From the NCBI GenBank assembly GCA_964016885.1, contig OZ024753.1:45570001-45634000 (forward strand): DNA of 64,000 nucleotides, written 5' to 3'. The notes beneath the pieces were generated by a model. It did no database searches and was not told the DNA's origin. It saw only the letters and a list, made by a program, of their open reading frames with translations. Below, in pieces: positions 27,255 through 41,809 of this stretch; the first letter of the stretch is position 1, and every line of letters begins with the position of its first letter. The DNA comes from Eledone cirrhosa (Eukaryota). A program made the position numbers and the translations under genes.

Positions 27255-27945
27255 AGACAAATAGAGAGCTGGATAGTTAGAGAGACCGAGAAATAGAGAG
27301 CTGGATAGCTGGAGAGACAGAGAAATAGAGAGCTGGAGAGACAGAGATATAGAGAGCTGGATAGCTGGAGAGACAGAGAAATAGAGAGCTGGAGAGACAG
27401 AGATATAGAGAGTTAGTTAGTTAGAGAGACAGAGAAATAGAGAGCTGGATAGCTGGAGAGACAGAGAAATAGAGAGCTGGAGAGACAGAGAAATAGAGAG
27501 CTGGATAGCTGGAGAGACAGAGAAATAGAGAGCTGGAGAGACTGAGATATAGAGAGCTGGATAGCTGGAGAGACAGAGAAATAGAGAGCTGGATAGCTGG
27601 AGAGACAGAGAAATAGAGAGCTGGAGAGACAGAGAAATAGAGAGCTAGCTATTTAGAGAGACAGAGAAATAGAGAGCTGGATAGCTGGAGAGACAGAGAA
27701 ATAGAGAGCTAGATAGTTAGAGAGACAGAGAAATAGAGAGCTGGATAGCAGGAGGGACAGAGAAATAGAGAGCTGGAGAGACAGAGAAATAGAGAGCTGG
27801 AGAGACAGAGAAATAGAGAGCTGGATAGCTGGAGAGACAGAGAAATAGAGAGCTGGATAGCTGGAGAGACAGAGATATAGAGAGCTGGATAGCTGGAGAG
27901 ACAGAGAAATAGAGAGCTAGATAGTTAGAGAGACAGAAATAAACA
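27255..27945. repeat. Purine-rich 24/32-bp minisatellite agagacagagaaatagagagctgg(atagctgg)
   Basis: Direct reading. Confidence 0.92.
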
Positions 27946-28714
27946 GACAAGGAGAAAAGGGGATGTACAGACAAATAGACAGATAAAGAGACGAGGTAAA
28001 AGGCAGAAAAACGAAGCAAGAATGGGTGAGGAGTTTGGAAAGATCAACATTAAGAATTGTCATGATATATTGCATAGCAGTAACTTTTGGGTTTTGGTCT
28101 TTCGTATGACAACTATTTGACATAGAGGCGGATATATTTAAGAAACACACACTCCATTGATTCACTCAATAAAGAGAGGGGGAGAGAGAGAAAGATATAT
28201 ATAGAGAGAGAGAAATTGTTTACTGTATTCTGTTACATTGACCAAATCTTTAGTGATTCTGTCCTTACAAGGTCTTCGGTGAATTCTTTAACACATATTC
28301 GATCTAGATATCCTCCCTCTTCTATGGCTACAGTTTAATGAGGAAGTTGAGATGAAGCCTTACAAGACGACACTTCTGCAGTGGAATTGATTTCACCATT
28401 AAATATCATTTGTCATTTAGACAGACGTGCAACATTTGTGTGTGTGTATATATGTGTGTGTACGTGCCTCTGGTTGTGTGTGTGTGTTGTGTAGCTGTGG
28501 TTGTGTGTGTGCTTGTGGTTGTGTGTGTGTGGGGGTACCTGTGGTTGTGTATGTACGTGTACATATACACATATACATAATACTCGTGTCCATAGTTATA
28601 TACGTATTTAATAGTTTATAAAGAAACTCAGCTTATCTTCAATTTGTCGAAAACTTCAGCACCACATGAAACCAACACGGGTTTTCTGTGAAGTTTATAT
28701 ATATATATATATAT

Positions 28715-29298
28715 ATAAAATTAGTCCTTCATCAGTGATCTTCCAGCCTTCATTGGTATTTCTTCACTTTAAAAATTATATACCTCTGGTTGGTGCGAGC
28801 AATAACTAAAGAAAGTTATTGGGACACGTAAAATAGGGTGAAGCGAGCGAGACATGTAAACAAACAAATATGGTATTGCAACGGAAAGATAGGAAGATAG
28901 GAAGAGGGGGAAAACAAGTCCGTGATATCTGTGAACTTAAGTTCTGTGAAATCATAGACGAGGAGAGATACAGACGATCGCTCACATCTCACACAGGTCA
29001 GATGGTCTGTATCTCTCCTCGTCTATGATTTCACAGAACTTAAGTTCACAGATATCACGGACTTGTTTTCCCCTCTTCCTATCTTTCCGTTGAATTACCA
29101 TCTTTGTTTTTTACATGTCTTGCTCGCTTCACCCTATATATACGTGTCCCAATAACTTTCTTTAGTTATTGCTCGCACCAACCAGAGGTATATGATCTTT
29201 AAAGCGAAGAAATACCAATGAAGGCTGGAAGATCACTGATGAAGGACTAATTTTATTCATATGCAACCCATGTGCAACCACGCAGCACGCCATTTTTC
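28715..29298. mobile_element. Family H3 fold-back insert in (TA)n
   Basis: Arms 28715-28979 and 29001-29256 are inverted repeats with several differences. CTGATGAAGG lies near both outer ends and (TA)n flanks both sides. Confidence 0.85.
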
Positions 29299-32002
29299 AT
29301 ATATATATATATATATATCAAAGGTATATATTGAGTTAGAAACTCAAAATAGTCTCTTACAATTAAATAGCTCAAGGAAAGAGATGTTTCCAAGCCGTTA
29401 TATATGATTGAATATAAAAGAGAGGAAAACAGAGATATAAAACATACATGTGTTCAAATCGTAAGGGACCAGATTCGTTAGAGGGAAAAAAATACTAACT
29501 ATGAACAATTTGAACACATATATGTATATATCTGTGTTTATCTCTCTTTTATATTCAGTCATATATATATATATATATGTATATATACATTTATTTATTT
29601 ATTTGAGTGTGTATGTGTGTTTGTATGTGTGTCTCTATGTGTGTTGTACGTTTGGTTATTACAGAATAAGAAGCAACAGATAAATCAAGGTTTATCTCCA
29701 GATCAATCCTGATCGTAAGACATTATCAAATATATTTCACTTGTATTCTACGTATTCCTGCAAGACATAATGACACATAGAAGAACGTTATACATAATTT
29801 ATTTCTTTTTTATATATTAATTACTAGTTTTGAACCCGTAGAGTTTAATTTAAATAAGATGTGCTTGTTATATTTATCAGATCGAGTAACATAGACTGCG
29901 GTGACCTCGTGGGTCTTAGAAGAAACTCTAATGTCAAAGAAACGAGTGAATTATTTTTTTTGAAATTTATGTGTCCTGGCAATAAATTTGTTACTCGTGG
30001 CTGAATTGGTCATTAATCTTATGCTGTGTGTGAAAGAGAGTGACGTAGAACTGTTCACGGCAAATAAACAAAGCGATTTATCAGATTTGTCAAATTTCGA
30101 TGTTGCCGCCATCTTTAACAAACAACATCAACATCCAATAAAAACTTCAACATTATAGAGTCGACATTATTGGCATCATTTCTATTAAGTCAGTTCTACT
30201 TCACGTTCTTCTCTGTGTGTGGACACATGATCACAGGATATACCAATCAACTCACCCCCAAAGTGCATATTATCATCGTAAAAATGAAAAGGAGACTTTC
30301 GGTAATGTAGTGCTGGATGCTAGTAAAAGAACTTGATGGTCACGACTGGAATATCTTTGATCACTGGTCTGATCCGTCGGGACTATTATCCAAATAAAAG
30401 AATGGTATAACAAATGCAAATAATAGACTGAAATATGTCGACTGACCAGTGATTCGAGAATCCCTTAACAAGTCCCAATGCAATTTTTTTTTCTATCGAG
30501 ATAAGCTGCCTGGCCGAGTGTTTAAATTGTTGGGTTCACATCTCATACTAAATAATCGGTTGTGCTTTAGAGACAGGCGCGTCATTTCACATCACACCCA
30601 ACTGAAACAAAAACGAGTACGAAAAGCATAATACCTATATAATGGGGATATGCCCTGAGGATCTTCCAGCCCATGCTAATATGAAAAGAACGGACATGAA
30701 ATGATTACTTTTATTGCTTATATTTATGTCATTTCGCACTCACATTTCTTTATGAAATATACTTGTATCACATTTTTCTGTGCATCTGATGTAATTCTCG
30801 ATATGATCGTTGGTGTTTTAATGTAGCTAACATTATTACATTTATAGAGAACACAAAATAGCCATATTTGAGCTAATAGTTTGTTAAAAGTAGCATTGTA
30901 AAACTGTAAATGTCACGTCTTGTAGCATAGATGGCAGTTTCTCTTCTAATTTAGAACCGTAATTTAAAATTAACGAATGAAAATAAATAACTGTATGAAA
31001 ATATATCCATAAAAGAAAATTAGAAAAAAAGACAACAAAAAATATAAACAAATACTTAATCAAAAGACAAATAACAGAGAACACGAAAAGGAAAAACAAA
31101 ACAAAAAAACTCAGTATGGAAGATAAATCACAAAAACATATAAAAGAGAGTTTTAATTCGGGGTTGGGGTAAAATGGAGTCCGTTAAACATTAAATCAAT
31201 GAAATGGAAAAATAAATAAATGAATAATATGAGAAGGTAATAAATAATATAAGAATTAAAAACATTGAAATATAATTAATAAGAGAACGTCAGGAATGAA
31301 ACATAAATGACAAGAAAAGTGAAATAATGAAATGTACCAAGTATTTAGGAAAAAGCAAGCTGTTGATATTGAACATATGGTGACTTAATGTAATTTCAAA
31401 TAATCTTAATTACCAATATTCCGGGTTTTACCGAAAATATTTAAATGATTCAATTCATTTCTAAATAATGAAAAAAGAAGTTAAAAAAGAGAAAATTTAA
31501 AATCAAACTAAAAATCGATAGATTATATTAAAATTGAAAAAAGAAAATTAAAAAGAAAAACAACAGCAAACCTAGAATTGAAATTTATCGTTTTTGAGTG
31601 AACGCACCACGAATGGAAAATGAGACAATAGAAAATCTTGTAGGAAGTTATACGTTGTTAGGAATTACGTCATTTAAAGATGACGTTACGGAAGGTAAAT
31701 CAGCTTTTAATTTAGTAAAACCATATTTTGTGAATTAATAAATAGAGCAAAATAAATGCATTATTTCTGTACGGAACAAATGAAGAACTCACATTTTGGG
31801 GAAAGTGAATTGAATTATATTTTGATATACATAACTTGACTGATGGAAAATATAAGTGAAAGAAAATTGCTTTGACTGAAGAAGCCATCAACATATCAAT
31901 GGAACAAAGAGGAGGAGTTATCTCTATATACTTATTTAAAAAAAAATCTTTCGCTCTACATGGCTGAATATAATATATGTAATCTGAGTTTTTCGAATAT
32001 TA

Positions 32003-32194
32003 GTAATTGTTTCTACTTTTGGCACAAGGCCAGCAATTATCCCAGTGTATTACTGGTACTTTATTTTATCGACCCCGTAAGGATGAATGGCAAAGTTAAC
32101 CTCGGCGGGATTTGAACTTAGGCCATAAAGGGATGTAACTCTTTGCTGCAAAGCATGGCGCCAGACCCTCTACCGACACTGCCAATCCATCACC
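32003..32194 (-). mobile_element. Full-length SINE family A with 14-bp TSD
   Basis: TSD tttttcgaatatta at 31989-32002 and 32195-32208; tRNA head and core present. Confidence 0.9.
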
Positions 32195-32938
32195 TTTTTC
32201 GAATATTAATATTAACATTCGATTCGTTTGCAATTACGCTGAAGGGTGATGCCCAGAAACATTAGTGTCTGCAGTTCTGTTTACATCCCAACACAAGAGC
32301 AAGAATGAGGGGCTCATTCTACTGGCATGGCGTTAAAAAATGAAGCCTGTTTGCATAATTGCAAACGAATCGAATGTTATTATAATTATTCGAAAAACTC
32401 AGACTACATCTATATACATAGACTTCCCGATAAAATTTGAAGCTAAATTGCCAACAAATCTCTCTTTTCTCTTATACTTCTTCCTCGGGAGTATAATTGG
32501 AAGACTGTTTCTTATTATGGTTAAATATATATATATGGGATATAAATAAACTAACGATGATATAAGACCATCGAATGACTAACTTTAATTATCATTTAGA
32601 TATTTTTCATTTTAAGCGTTTAACTTAAAATATTAGAAACCTATTGAAGGGTCATATAAAAAATTAAGGAAAGGATCGCGAGTCTTTTATAAACATATTT
32701 TTTATACCTCTTTTATAATTCTATTCAGAGGAAGGGTGTTTTTATGATTATATCTCGACCCCAATAATTGTCCACCATATTATGTTATCCACCCTGCGTG
32801 ATTTAACCAATATTTAAGGATTTAGTGATTTACTCAGACCTTATATATGTGCTCAAGATGTGTGAGGTCTCACAAGCTGTTTGGTAAACTGTGCAGCGAC
32901 AGATTTTAGCATACCCATATTCCAAATATGTACACACA

Positions 32939-32975
<37 letters not shown>

Positions 32976-33730
32976 AGCAGAGAGAGAGGGAGAGAATAAG
33001 ATTGAGGAAGGGAGTGAAAGAAAGTTTGGAAAGAGACAACTCGATAATGAAGTAAGCCGGAAGCTTACCTTAGTTCCAGAGAAGCACTAAAGATATAGAA
33101 TAATGGCAGTAATGTAACGGCAGCACGGAATCGATTGAACCAAACCAGCATGGTATTGATCCTTATTCTATATATTCTGATGACATGAAAGGTCAAGAAG
33201 CCCTCAGCCTATTTTGAACTCAGTACATTCTTCATCTCTATTATTTCAAATATTCAAATTTAAATTATTATTATATATTGATATGTAAGCTAACTTTAAT
33301 GTTATATAACTCCAGTACAATATGTAATTTAAATGCTTTACTGTGAAACATGAAGTAATGCAAAGAAACGTGTTACCTATTAGTTAAACCATAACATATA
33401 AACGGAGTGTATATACACAACATCATACACACAAGCACACACATGTATGTATATATGTGTTCTAAACAACGAACGGAATATATATATATATATATGTGTG
33501 TATGTGTGTGTATTTATATATGAAAAATGTATACAGAAAAAACAAAGCAAACGGCACAATAGAATGAAGATATATATCAGTTTAACCCTTGATATATTAG
33601 AAAAAGAGTCTTGGGTTTTCGGGCACTAGTCCTTCGTCAGATGATAAAATGAGAAATAAAAGATGAAATAGAAAGATAGAGATTGCAAAGAGAAAAAACA
33701 TGTCTGTATAGATTCAGCCACACTTTGGTA

Positions 33731-33884
<154 letters not shown>

Positions 33885-34252
33885 GTGTGTATATATGTAT
33901 ATATATATAAATATATATATATGTCGCTGACTCTATACATGTATGTATATATATATATATATGTGTGTGTGTGTATACGTATATATGTCGCTGACTCTCG
34001 CTATATATATATATGGTACCTCTATTTCATTTATCTGAAACTTTCCTATTCGTATTATTTTCTATCTATGTTCATTCGTCGTACACCTCAAGTCTTCGCA
34101 ATCAGTCCTACAGCAGACTCAGTGTACTACATCTTGTCTAGACCAATTTAAACTTGCCCTATACACCACAGGTGTGTCAAGATAATTCAGCACAGTTATT
34201 TATACATATGTACAAACATATACGTGAATATTCAAATACACACAGACACAAA

Positions 34253-34318
<66 letters not shown>

Positions 34319-35063
34319 GTCTGTGTATATGTGTGAGTTTGCGTATACATATACATATTTATTCATATATACATACTTAATCACACACAATCAAACACAT
34401 ATATTTATATGTATATATGGGTATATATATGCAGGTTTACATATATATACATACAATTATAAATACACACACACATATAATAACATTGTATTAAGTATTA
34501 TGCAGGAGATGTATGATGCATCACTACGGTAAAACCTTGTCAAGAGTCCAGATCCATTTCGATAGAGGACTTTGCCACAATGGAGTCCTATTGATTTTAG
34601 ACAAATAATTTTCTATAAAACGATATCGATGTCTTCTAAAGCAAAAATGGCCATTATTGTATTTTTGTTTGATTTTATTTCTTTATTTTTTTAATGGTCG
34701 ATTCCTCGAATGCAAAGTAAATCTGCAAAAACCTTTTAAGCCGGTACTTCTTTACCAGTCAATAGCATACATCTGTATATCATTAGGTAGTAAAAGGTTA
34801 GAGCAAGATTAGGTAGCTATTATAATATCTCATCGAACTCTGTATTTTTATTTTTATGTTTTCTTTTGTAACAACAACACTACTCTCTTGCCAACACACA
34901 CACACACACCCACACACACGATTGATAAACAAAAACAACAAACAAACAAGGATGTAAAAATAAAAAAGTGTTATTAGGTTCACGCTTAGAATACTTAGAT
35001 ATAAATTTGTCTGTGTATATATATATATACTGTATATATATATATACTGTATATATATATATA

Positions 35064-35098
<35 letters not shown>

Positions 35099-35099
<1 letters not shown>

Positions 35100-36748
35100 T
35101 CATCATCATCATCATCATCACCGTTTTACGTCCGTTCTTCCACGCTAGCATGGGTTAGACGGGTTGTCCTGTTGTGGGCAGTGTCTGGTCGGCTGACCAT
35201 GCCTTGCTCATACAGGAACTGATCTGGCTTGATTTCTACAGCTGGATGCCCTTCCTAACACCAACCTCATTTACAGTGAGTGCTGGGTGCTTTTTCGTGG
35301 CGCCTACACGTCCACTTTACAGTGTGGGCTGGGTGCTTTTTTGCCGTGGCACCTCCACGACCACCTTGCGGTGGGGGGGGGGGGGGGCATATTGTTTATA
35401 TGCTTCAGCATGTACCCATGGGAGGTCGGGTACCCTGTATTACTGCGTGACGCCAGAAGTCACGGTCGTGTGTCATTGACTTTGAGAGGTGTAGTTGGGT
35501 AAGGTCGGCTTTTATCACCTCATCCCAAGTCATCTTGGGTCTCCCCACTCCGCGGTTTCCATCAACTTCTAGTGCTCTGCACCTTTTTATGCAGCTGTCA
35601 TCCTTCATACGCATCACATGTCCATACCAGCGTAACCGCCTCTCCTGCACGCAGCATTTGATTCCTCTTATGCTCAGTCTCTCTCTCAATTCATTTATGC
35701 TTTGTCGTTCACGTATATTACTGTTACACATCCATCGGAGCATGCAGGCTTCGTTTCTCTCTAATCTACGTAAGTCTTCCACCTTCAGCGCCCAGGTCTC
35801 ACTACCATGCAACATCGCTGTTCGGATACACGCATCATACAGTCTGCCTTTCATTCTGAGGGAGAAGCCTTTTGCAGCTAGCAGTGGTAGTAGTTCCCTA
35901 AACTTCTTCCATCCCGTTCTTACCCTAGTTATTGTACTTTCTGAGCACCCACCTCCGTTGCTAATTCGGTCACCTAGGTAGCAGAAGCTGTCTACTGTTT
36001 CTACAGGGCCCTCCCAGAGATTGGTGGTACTTGTTTCCTGTGGCTGTTTGCTTGCTGTTTCAGCACAGCTGCTGCATGTGAATCCTACATTCTTAATTAA
36101 GCTTCCTGAGATCCCGCTACATCTCTTGTGTACCCATTGTTTGCATTTGGGGCAAAGAATGGAGTTCCTACCTACACCTTTCCTACATACTGAGCAAGGC
36201 CATTTCCCTGAGGGGATCTGGGTTCTGTTTTCTCGTCTACTTATAAGGACCTTAGTCTTTGTCATGTTGACTTTGAGGCCCTTTCTCTCTAGTCCCTGCT
36301 TCCAGGTTTGGAATTTATTCTCTAGTTCTACCATAGATTCAGCTATGAGTGCGAGGTCATCAGCATACAGGAGTTCCCATGGGCATCCGGTCTTAAACTC
36401 CTCCGTTATTGCCTGCAGGACTATGATGAACAGGAGAGGGCTAAGAACAGAGCCCTGGTGGACCCCAACCTGTACGCTAAATTCCTCGCTATACTCATTG
36501 CCAATCCTAACTTTGCTGACTGCTCCCCTATACATGGCTTGTACCGCTTTCACAAGCCATTCATCTACTCCTAGTTTTCTAAGAGCCCACCAGATTACTG
36601 CACGTGGAACTCTGTCAAAGGCTTTCTCAAGGTCGACAAATGCCAAGTAGAGTGGCTTACTTTTAGCTAGGTACTTTTCCTGTAATTGCCTCACAAGGAA
36701 GAGCGCATCAGTGGTGCCTTTCCCTGGAACAAACCCAAATTGCATACT
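35099..36748 (-). mobile_element. 5'-truncated RTE-clade LINE with 3' UTR and (ATG)n tail
   Basis: RT ORF, about 280 bp of 3' UTR, and (CAT)n at 35099-35120. Embedded in a (TA)nCTG satellite. Confidence 0.95.
35405..36745 (-). CDS. RTE LINE reverse transcriptase, partial and uninterrupted, with internal PHD-like finger
   Basis: Motifs QFGF..GTTDA, FVDLEKAFD, GVHQGSVLSPLLF, LLYADD, FCYLG, RLRWYGHV and GRPKMTW. The N-terminal part of the track ORF is satellite translation. Confidence 0.92.
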   Translation of the reverse strand: MQFGFVPGKGTTDALFLVRQLQEKYLAKSKPLYLAFVDLEKAFDRVPRAVIWWALRKLGVDEWLVKAVQAMYRGAVSKVRIGNEYSEEFSVQVGVHQGSVLSPLLFIIVLQAITEEFKTGCPWELLYADDLALIAESMVELENKFQTWKQGLERKGLKVNMTKTKVLISRRENRTQIPSGKWPCSVCRKGVGRNSILCPKCKQWVHKRCSGISGSLIKNVGFTCSSCAETASKQPQETSTTNLWEGPVETVDSFCYLGDRISNGGGCSESTITRVRTGWKKFRELLPLLAAKGFSLRMKGRLYDACIRTAMLHGSETWALKVEDLRRLERNEACMLRWMCNSNIRERQSINELRERLSIRGIKCCVQERRLRWYGHVMRMKDDSCIKRCRALEVDGNRGVGRPKMTWDEVIKADLTQLHLSKSMTHDRDFWRHAVIQGTRPPMGTC

Positions 36749-37850
<1,102 letters not shown>

Positions 37851-38789
37851 TGTTGACCATGTTATTCTTCACTCTTTCACTATATATATATATATATATA
37901 CGTATATACCTACGTTCCTTTACGCCTTCTACGTCTATTTTTATGCTTCCTCTTACGTCTCTCAGTCATTACTACCTGAGTCTGTTACCCGGAGATTTAC
38001 CCATCTGCATGGTTGAGGCTTCCAAAACGTCCATTTTTATCATTCCACAATGCTTAAAGCAAACTTCAACACTCTCCTATATATATATATATATATGTAT
38101 ATATTCTTATATATATATATATATACTGTGATACATATGTGCTTATAGCCTATGTCCGTCTCGTCTGAGCGACGAAGCCTGTGACCTGGATTCTACTGAT
38201 AATTGCAGTTGTAATTTAGTGGACAGTAATTCAAGCAAAGTCTTTGAATTTTACTTATATTCCCTCCGACAATCTTCGAATGATTTCCCTTCTACTCGAC
38301 TTTAATGTAACCTCGTACATCGAGTTGCCCCTCCACTATGGCATCAAAACCCGGAGACCCAGAGTTGTAACTGGTATTTCAGAATTATTTGACCATGCTA
38401 TCTCCTTATAGGCAAACCTACTGTTGTCCAACTAAGCAATTAATTACTTTCTTTCGTTAATCATGAGCATCTGAATTAATTAATTTAATTATCAAATATT
38501 AATTTAAATCACTTTCCTGAAAAACGTTGATATTGATTACATTTTTTCCCGCTTACAGAAACAACAAATATTTCTCCAAATATATATTTGTATGTTTTTA
38601 ACATTTCATTAAAATATAATCCGTATCATTGATTAAAGTTACAGCATTTTCTTTAAAATATTTTAGGATATATTCTGAGCTGGTCGTCAACACATTTAAT
38701 GTAGGAACATAGTCAGTTATATCGTATCTAGTACGTCGTCTGGAATGTATTCCATTGACGCGAGAGAAAAGGAAAAGAGTGGTAAGAAA

Positions 38790-39035
38790 CTACCAGGAAA
38801 GCTGGACAGCAGAAGGTCTTCAGAGAAGAAACTCCCTGGAGAGCTGGACAGCAGAAGGTTTTCAGAGAAGAAACTCCCCGGAGAGCTGGACAGCAGAAGT
38901 TCTTCAGAGAAGAAACTCTCAGAAGAGATGGACAGCAGAAGGTCTTCAGAGTAGAAACTTTCAGGAGAGCTGGACAGCAGGTCTTCAGAGAAGAAACTCT
39001 CAGGAGAGATGGACAGCAGAAGTTCTTCAGAGAAT
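38790..39035. repeat. 42-bp minisatellite, about 6 copies
   Basis: Unit tcttcagagaagaaactc.c.ggagag.tggacagcagaag; one unit is 39 bp. Confidence 0.9.
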
Positions 39036-39124
39036 TTGACAAATAAAACCATATTTCACCGTGGTGACATTCGTACACAGATCGTAAATTTCCATAACTA
39101 AATAGTCCAACAAACTGTTACGAC

Positions 39125-39280
39125 CCTTTACGTTCTCGATTTACATCCCTTCGAGGTTAGCTTTGCCTTTTATCCTTAAGGGATTGATAAAATAATGTAC
39201 CAATAACGCACTGGGGTCGATTTAATCGATTTTATCCTCCTCAAAATTGTTGACCTCGTGACTACATCAGAAATCATTAT
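39125..39280 (+). mobile_element. SINE family A fragment
   Basis: gaggttagctttgccttttatcc...gtaccaat..actggggtcgatttaatcga. Confidence 0.75.
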
Positions 39281-39642
39281 TTGCAGACGCAATATACAGG
39301 GTCAGTCGTCTCACATAATGTCACGTAGATTGGTTTGGGAATTATGTTAAAGATATGTTTGTGAAATAGTCAACGACTTACACATTAATTCTCGCATTAG
39401 GCATTTACTTAAGCAAAAAATTGAATGATCATCGTGAGAAGAGAGAGATCTATTATCATCACATAGATATAGATGTATATGAGTACGAACAATGTGTCGA
39501 GGTGTGTAGCTGTAATAAATGCATTCATATATGGAGAAGAAAAAAATGCAGAGAATATCAGAGTTTTATCAGATGTACTTCACGTTACGATTACATGCAG
39601 GGAATAATTATCTCCAATCGAGTAGACGTTAAGATTAAAAAA

Positions 39643-39802
39643 ATATATAGATATATAAGGCAACAAAATATATATAGATATATACAGCAACAAAATATAT
39701 AGATATATACACAGCAACAAAGTATATATAGATATATAAGGCAACAAAATATATATAGATATATAAAGCAACAAAATATATATAGATATATACAGCAACA
39801 AA
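39643..39802. repeat. About 26-28 bp minisatellite (atatatagatatata.agcaacaaa)
   Basis: Direct reading. Confidence 0.85.
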
Positions 39803-40167
39803 ATTCAATAAATAAAACCTCACACGAAGCTTAATTGAAAATAGCAGATATTGTAGAGTATCGGCGAGAGAAAATAAGAAGAGAGAAAGAATAAAATGTT
39901 GGAAGAAATTGGATGAAAAAAAAAAAAATGATTTTTAGAGTAAAGGCAACAAATCTACATGGATATCTTTTCCAACACACAAACATAAAATTTCGCATAG
40001 ATTTGTGTATAATTATGTACACCATATACACATACACGCACACACATATATATATATATATATAGACACATACATACATACACATATATATACATGTATA
40101 CACATATAGATATACATGCACACACACACACACACGCATATATATATATATACACACACATACACAC

Positions 40168-40213
<46 letters not shown>

Positions 40214-41309
40214 ACACATACACATATAGTTATACATGCACAGACACATACACACATACACACATATATATATATGTATATACATGCGAACACATGCATA
40301 TGTAAGTGCCAATAGATGTATGCGTGTGCCAGTTTGTCTGTGCGTGTGTCAGTGTGTGTTTGCGTGAATGTGTCATAGGGAGAGATATAAGTACATAGGC
40401 AGAGCAGATAGAGAGATATCTATGTGAAGACCAATGATTAGAATTGCTGCCAGCCAGATCACTAGTACGATAGGGAGAGATAGAGAGGGGGGATAGCGGG
40501 GAATAGAGTGTGAGGGAACTGCAGTCAGATAAGGAAACATAGCAAAGCGAATAAGATTTTTTTAAAATAATTTTAGTTCGTGAAAGCTATATATATATAT
40601 ATAGAGTGAGAGAGAGAGAGAGAAATACAGAGAGAGATGTGCGATAATATTATATCGGAATATGTGCAGGGTGTGTAATCGAGACAGCACAAATAACTAC
40701 GGTATATAAATATAGAAAATAAATACTGACGACGAGTGCTTAATCCGACTTACACCAGTATCTATTGCGATCTAAACTAATCGTTGATTAATTACCACGA
40801 AATAACGGCAATAATGTCTATATATAGTAGTTACAAACAAAAACCAAAAACAATAACGAAGACTGCAGTACCGACAGTGTTTTTGTTAGGTTTACGCTTG
40901 AGAATACAATCCTCTGCTGAATAAGAACTCTATGAATCGTGTCTGTTAAGTCTGTGAGGTATTCACAGTTAGGATGTGACCCAATGTGTGGTGCTCCTCT
41001 AACTCACTGCAATATAAATATGACCCAATGTTTCAAACGAAGACATGAGATATACCATATAATATTGAAGACAAAAATATACATCAAAAGGTTTTTCTGG
41101 AATGTTAAATTTTAATAGAAAGAAACAGAAATATTAATATAGTTTCTTTTGCATTAAATATACTGAAAGGCGGAGGCTGAATGGGTGTAGTTTGAGAGTT
41201 TGTGAAGCATAAATACGGTCATCTCCCAAGTGTGGATGTATATGCGTGTTTGTATGCGAAACTGTTTGTATGTACGGTGCATATATATATATATATATAT
41301 AATTATAGA

Positions 41310-41364
41310 TGAGATTCTACAGGACTAGAACTGTTTCATTCTTTAGAAATCATCAGGAATCTCA
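41310..41364 (-). ncRNA. Complete type I hammerhead ribozyme
   Basis: Reverse complement TGAGATTC-CTGATGA-TTTC(TAAA)GAAT-GAA-ACAG(TTCTAGTC)CTGT-A^GAATCTCA: 8-bp stem I, intact core, 4-bp stem III and a GUA cleavage triplet. Stem II opens with a T.T mismatch. Confidence 0.85.
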
Positions 41365-41418
41365 GGGATTGCTGATGATTTCTAAAGAATGAAACAGTTC
41401 TAGTCCTGTAGAATCTCA
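41365..41418 (+). ncRNA. Type I hammerhead ribozyme (second, divergent copy)
   Basis: GGGATTG-CTGATGA-TTTC(TAAA)GAAT-GAA-ACAG(TTCTAGTC)CTGT-A^GAATCTC, with a G.G mismatch at the first pair of stem I. Confidence 0.8.
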
Positions 41419-41506
41419 TCTATATTAAAACTTTTATACTCTGCTATGTATTGAGTACCTTACTTACTGTGGTTACCTCTGATTCAACCCGGAATAACGT
41501 ACCTAC

Positions 41507-41537
<31 letters not shown>

Positions 41538-41589
41538 CATACACACACACACATGTATGAGGCGGCTATGTGCAAATGAGCGTCGTCGT

Positions 41590-41809
<220 letters not shown>

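Larger units (their letters stand above)
41304..41506 (+). mobile_element. Penelope-like pLTR insert in (TA)n with inverted 5' duplication (family H4)
   Basis: Palindrome 41304-41424 plus a unique tail carrying TTGAGTAC, flanked by (TA)n. A related fragment lies at about 43686-43713. Confidence 0.8.

Noticed and set aside
30040-30204. 14-bp inverted repeat pair around a YY1-like GCCGCCATCTT
   Set aside because: Short, no TSD and a single instance; compatible with chance or an old MITE.
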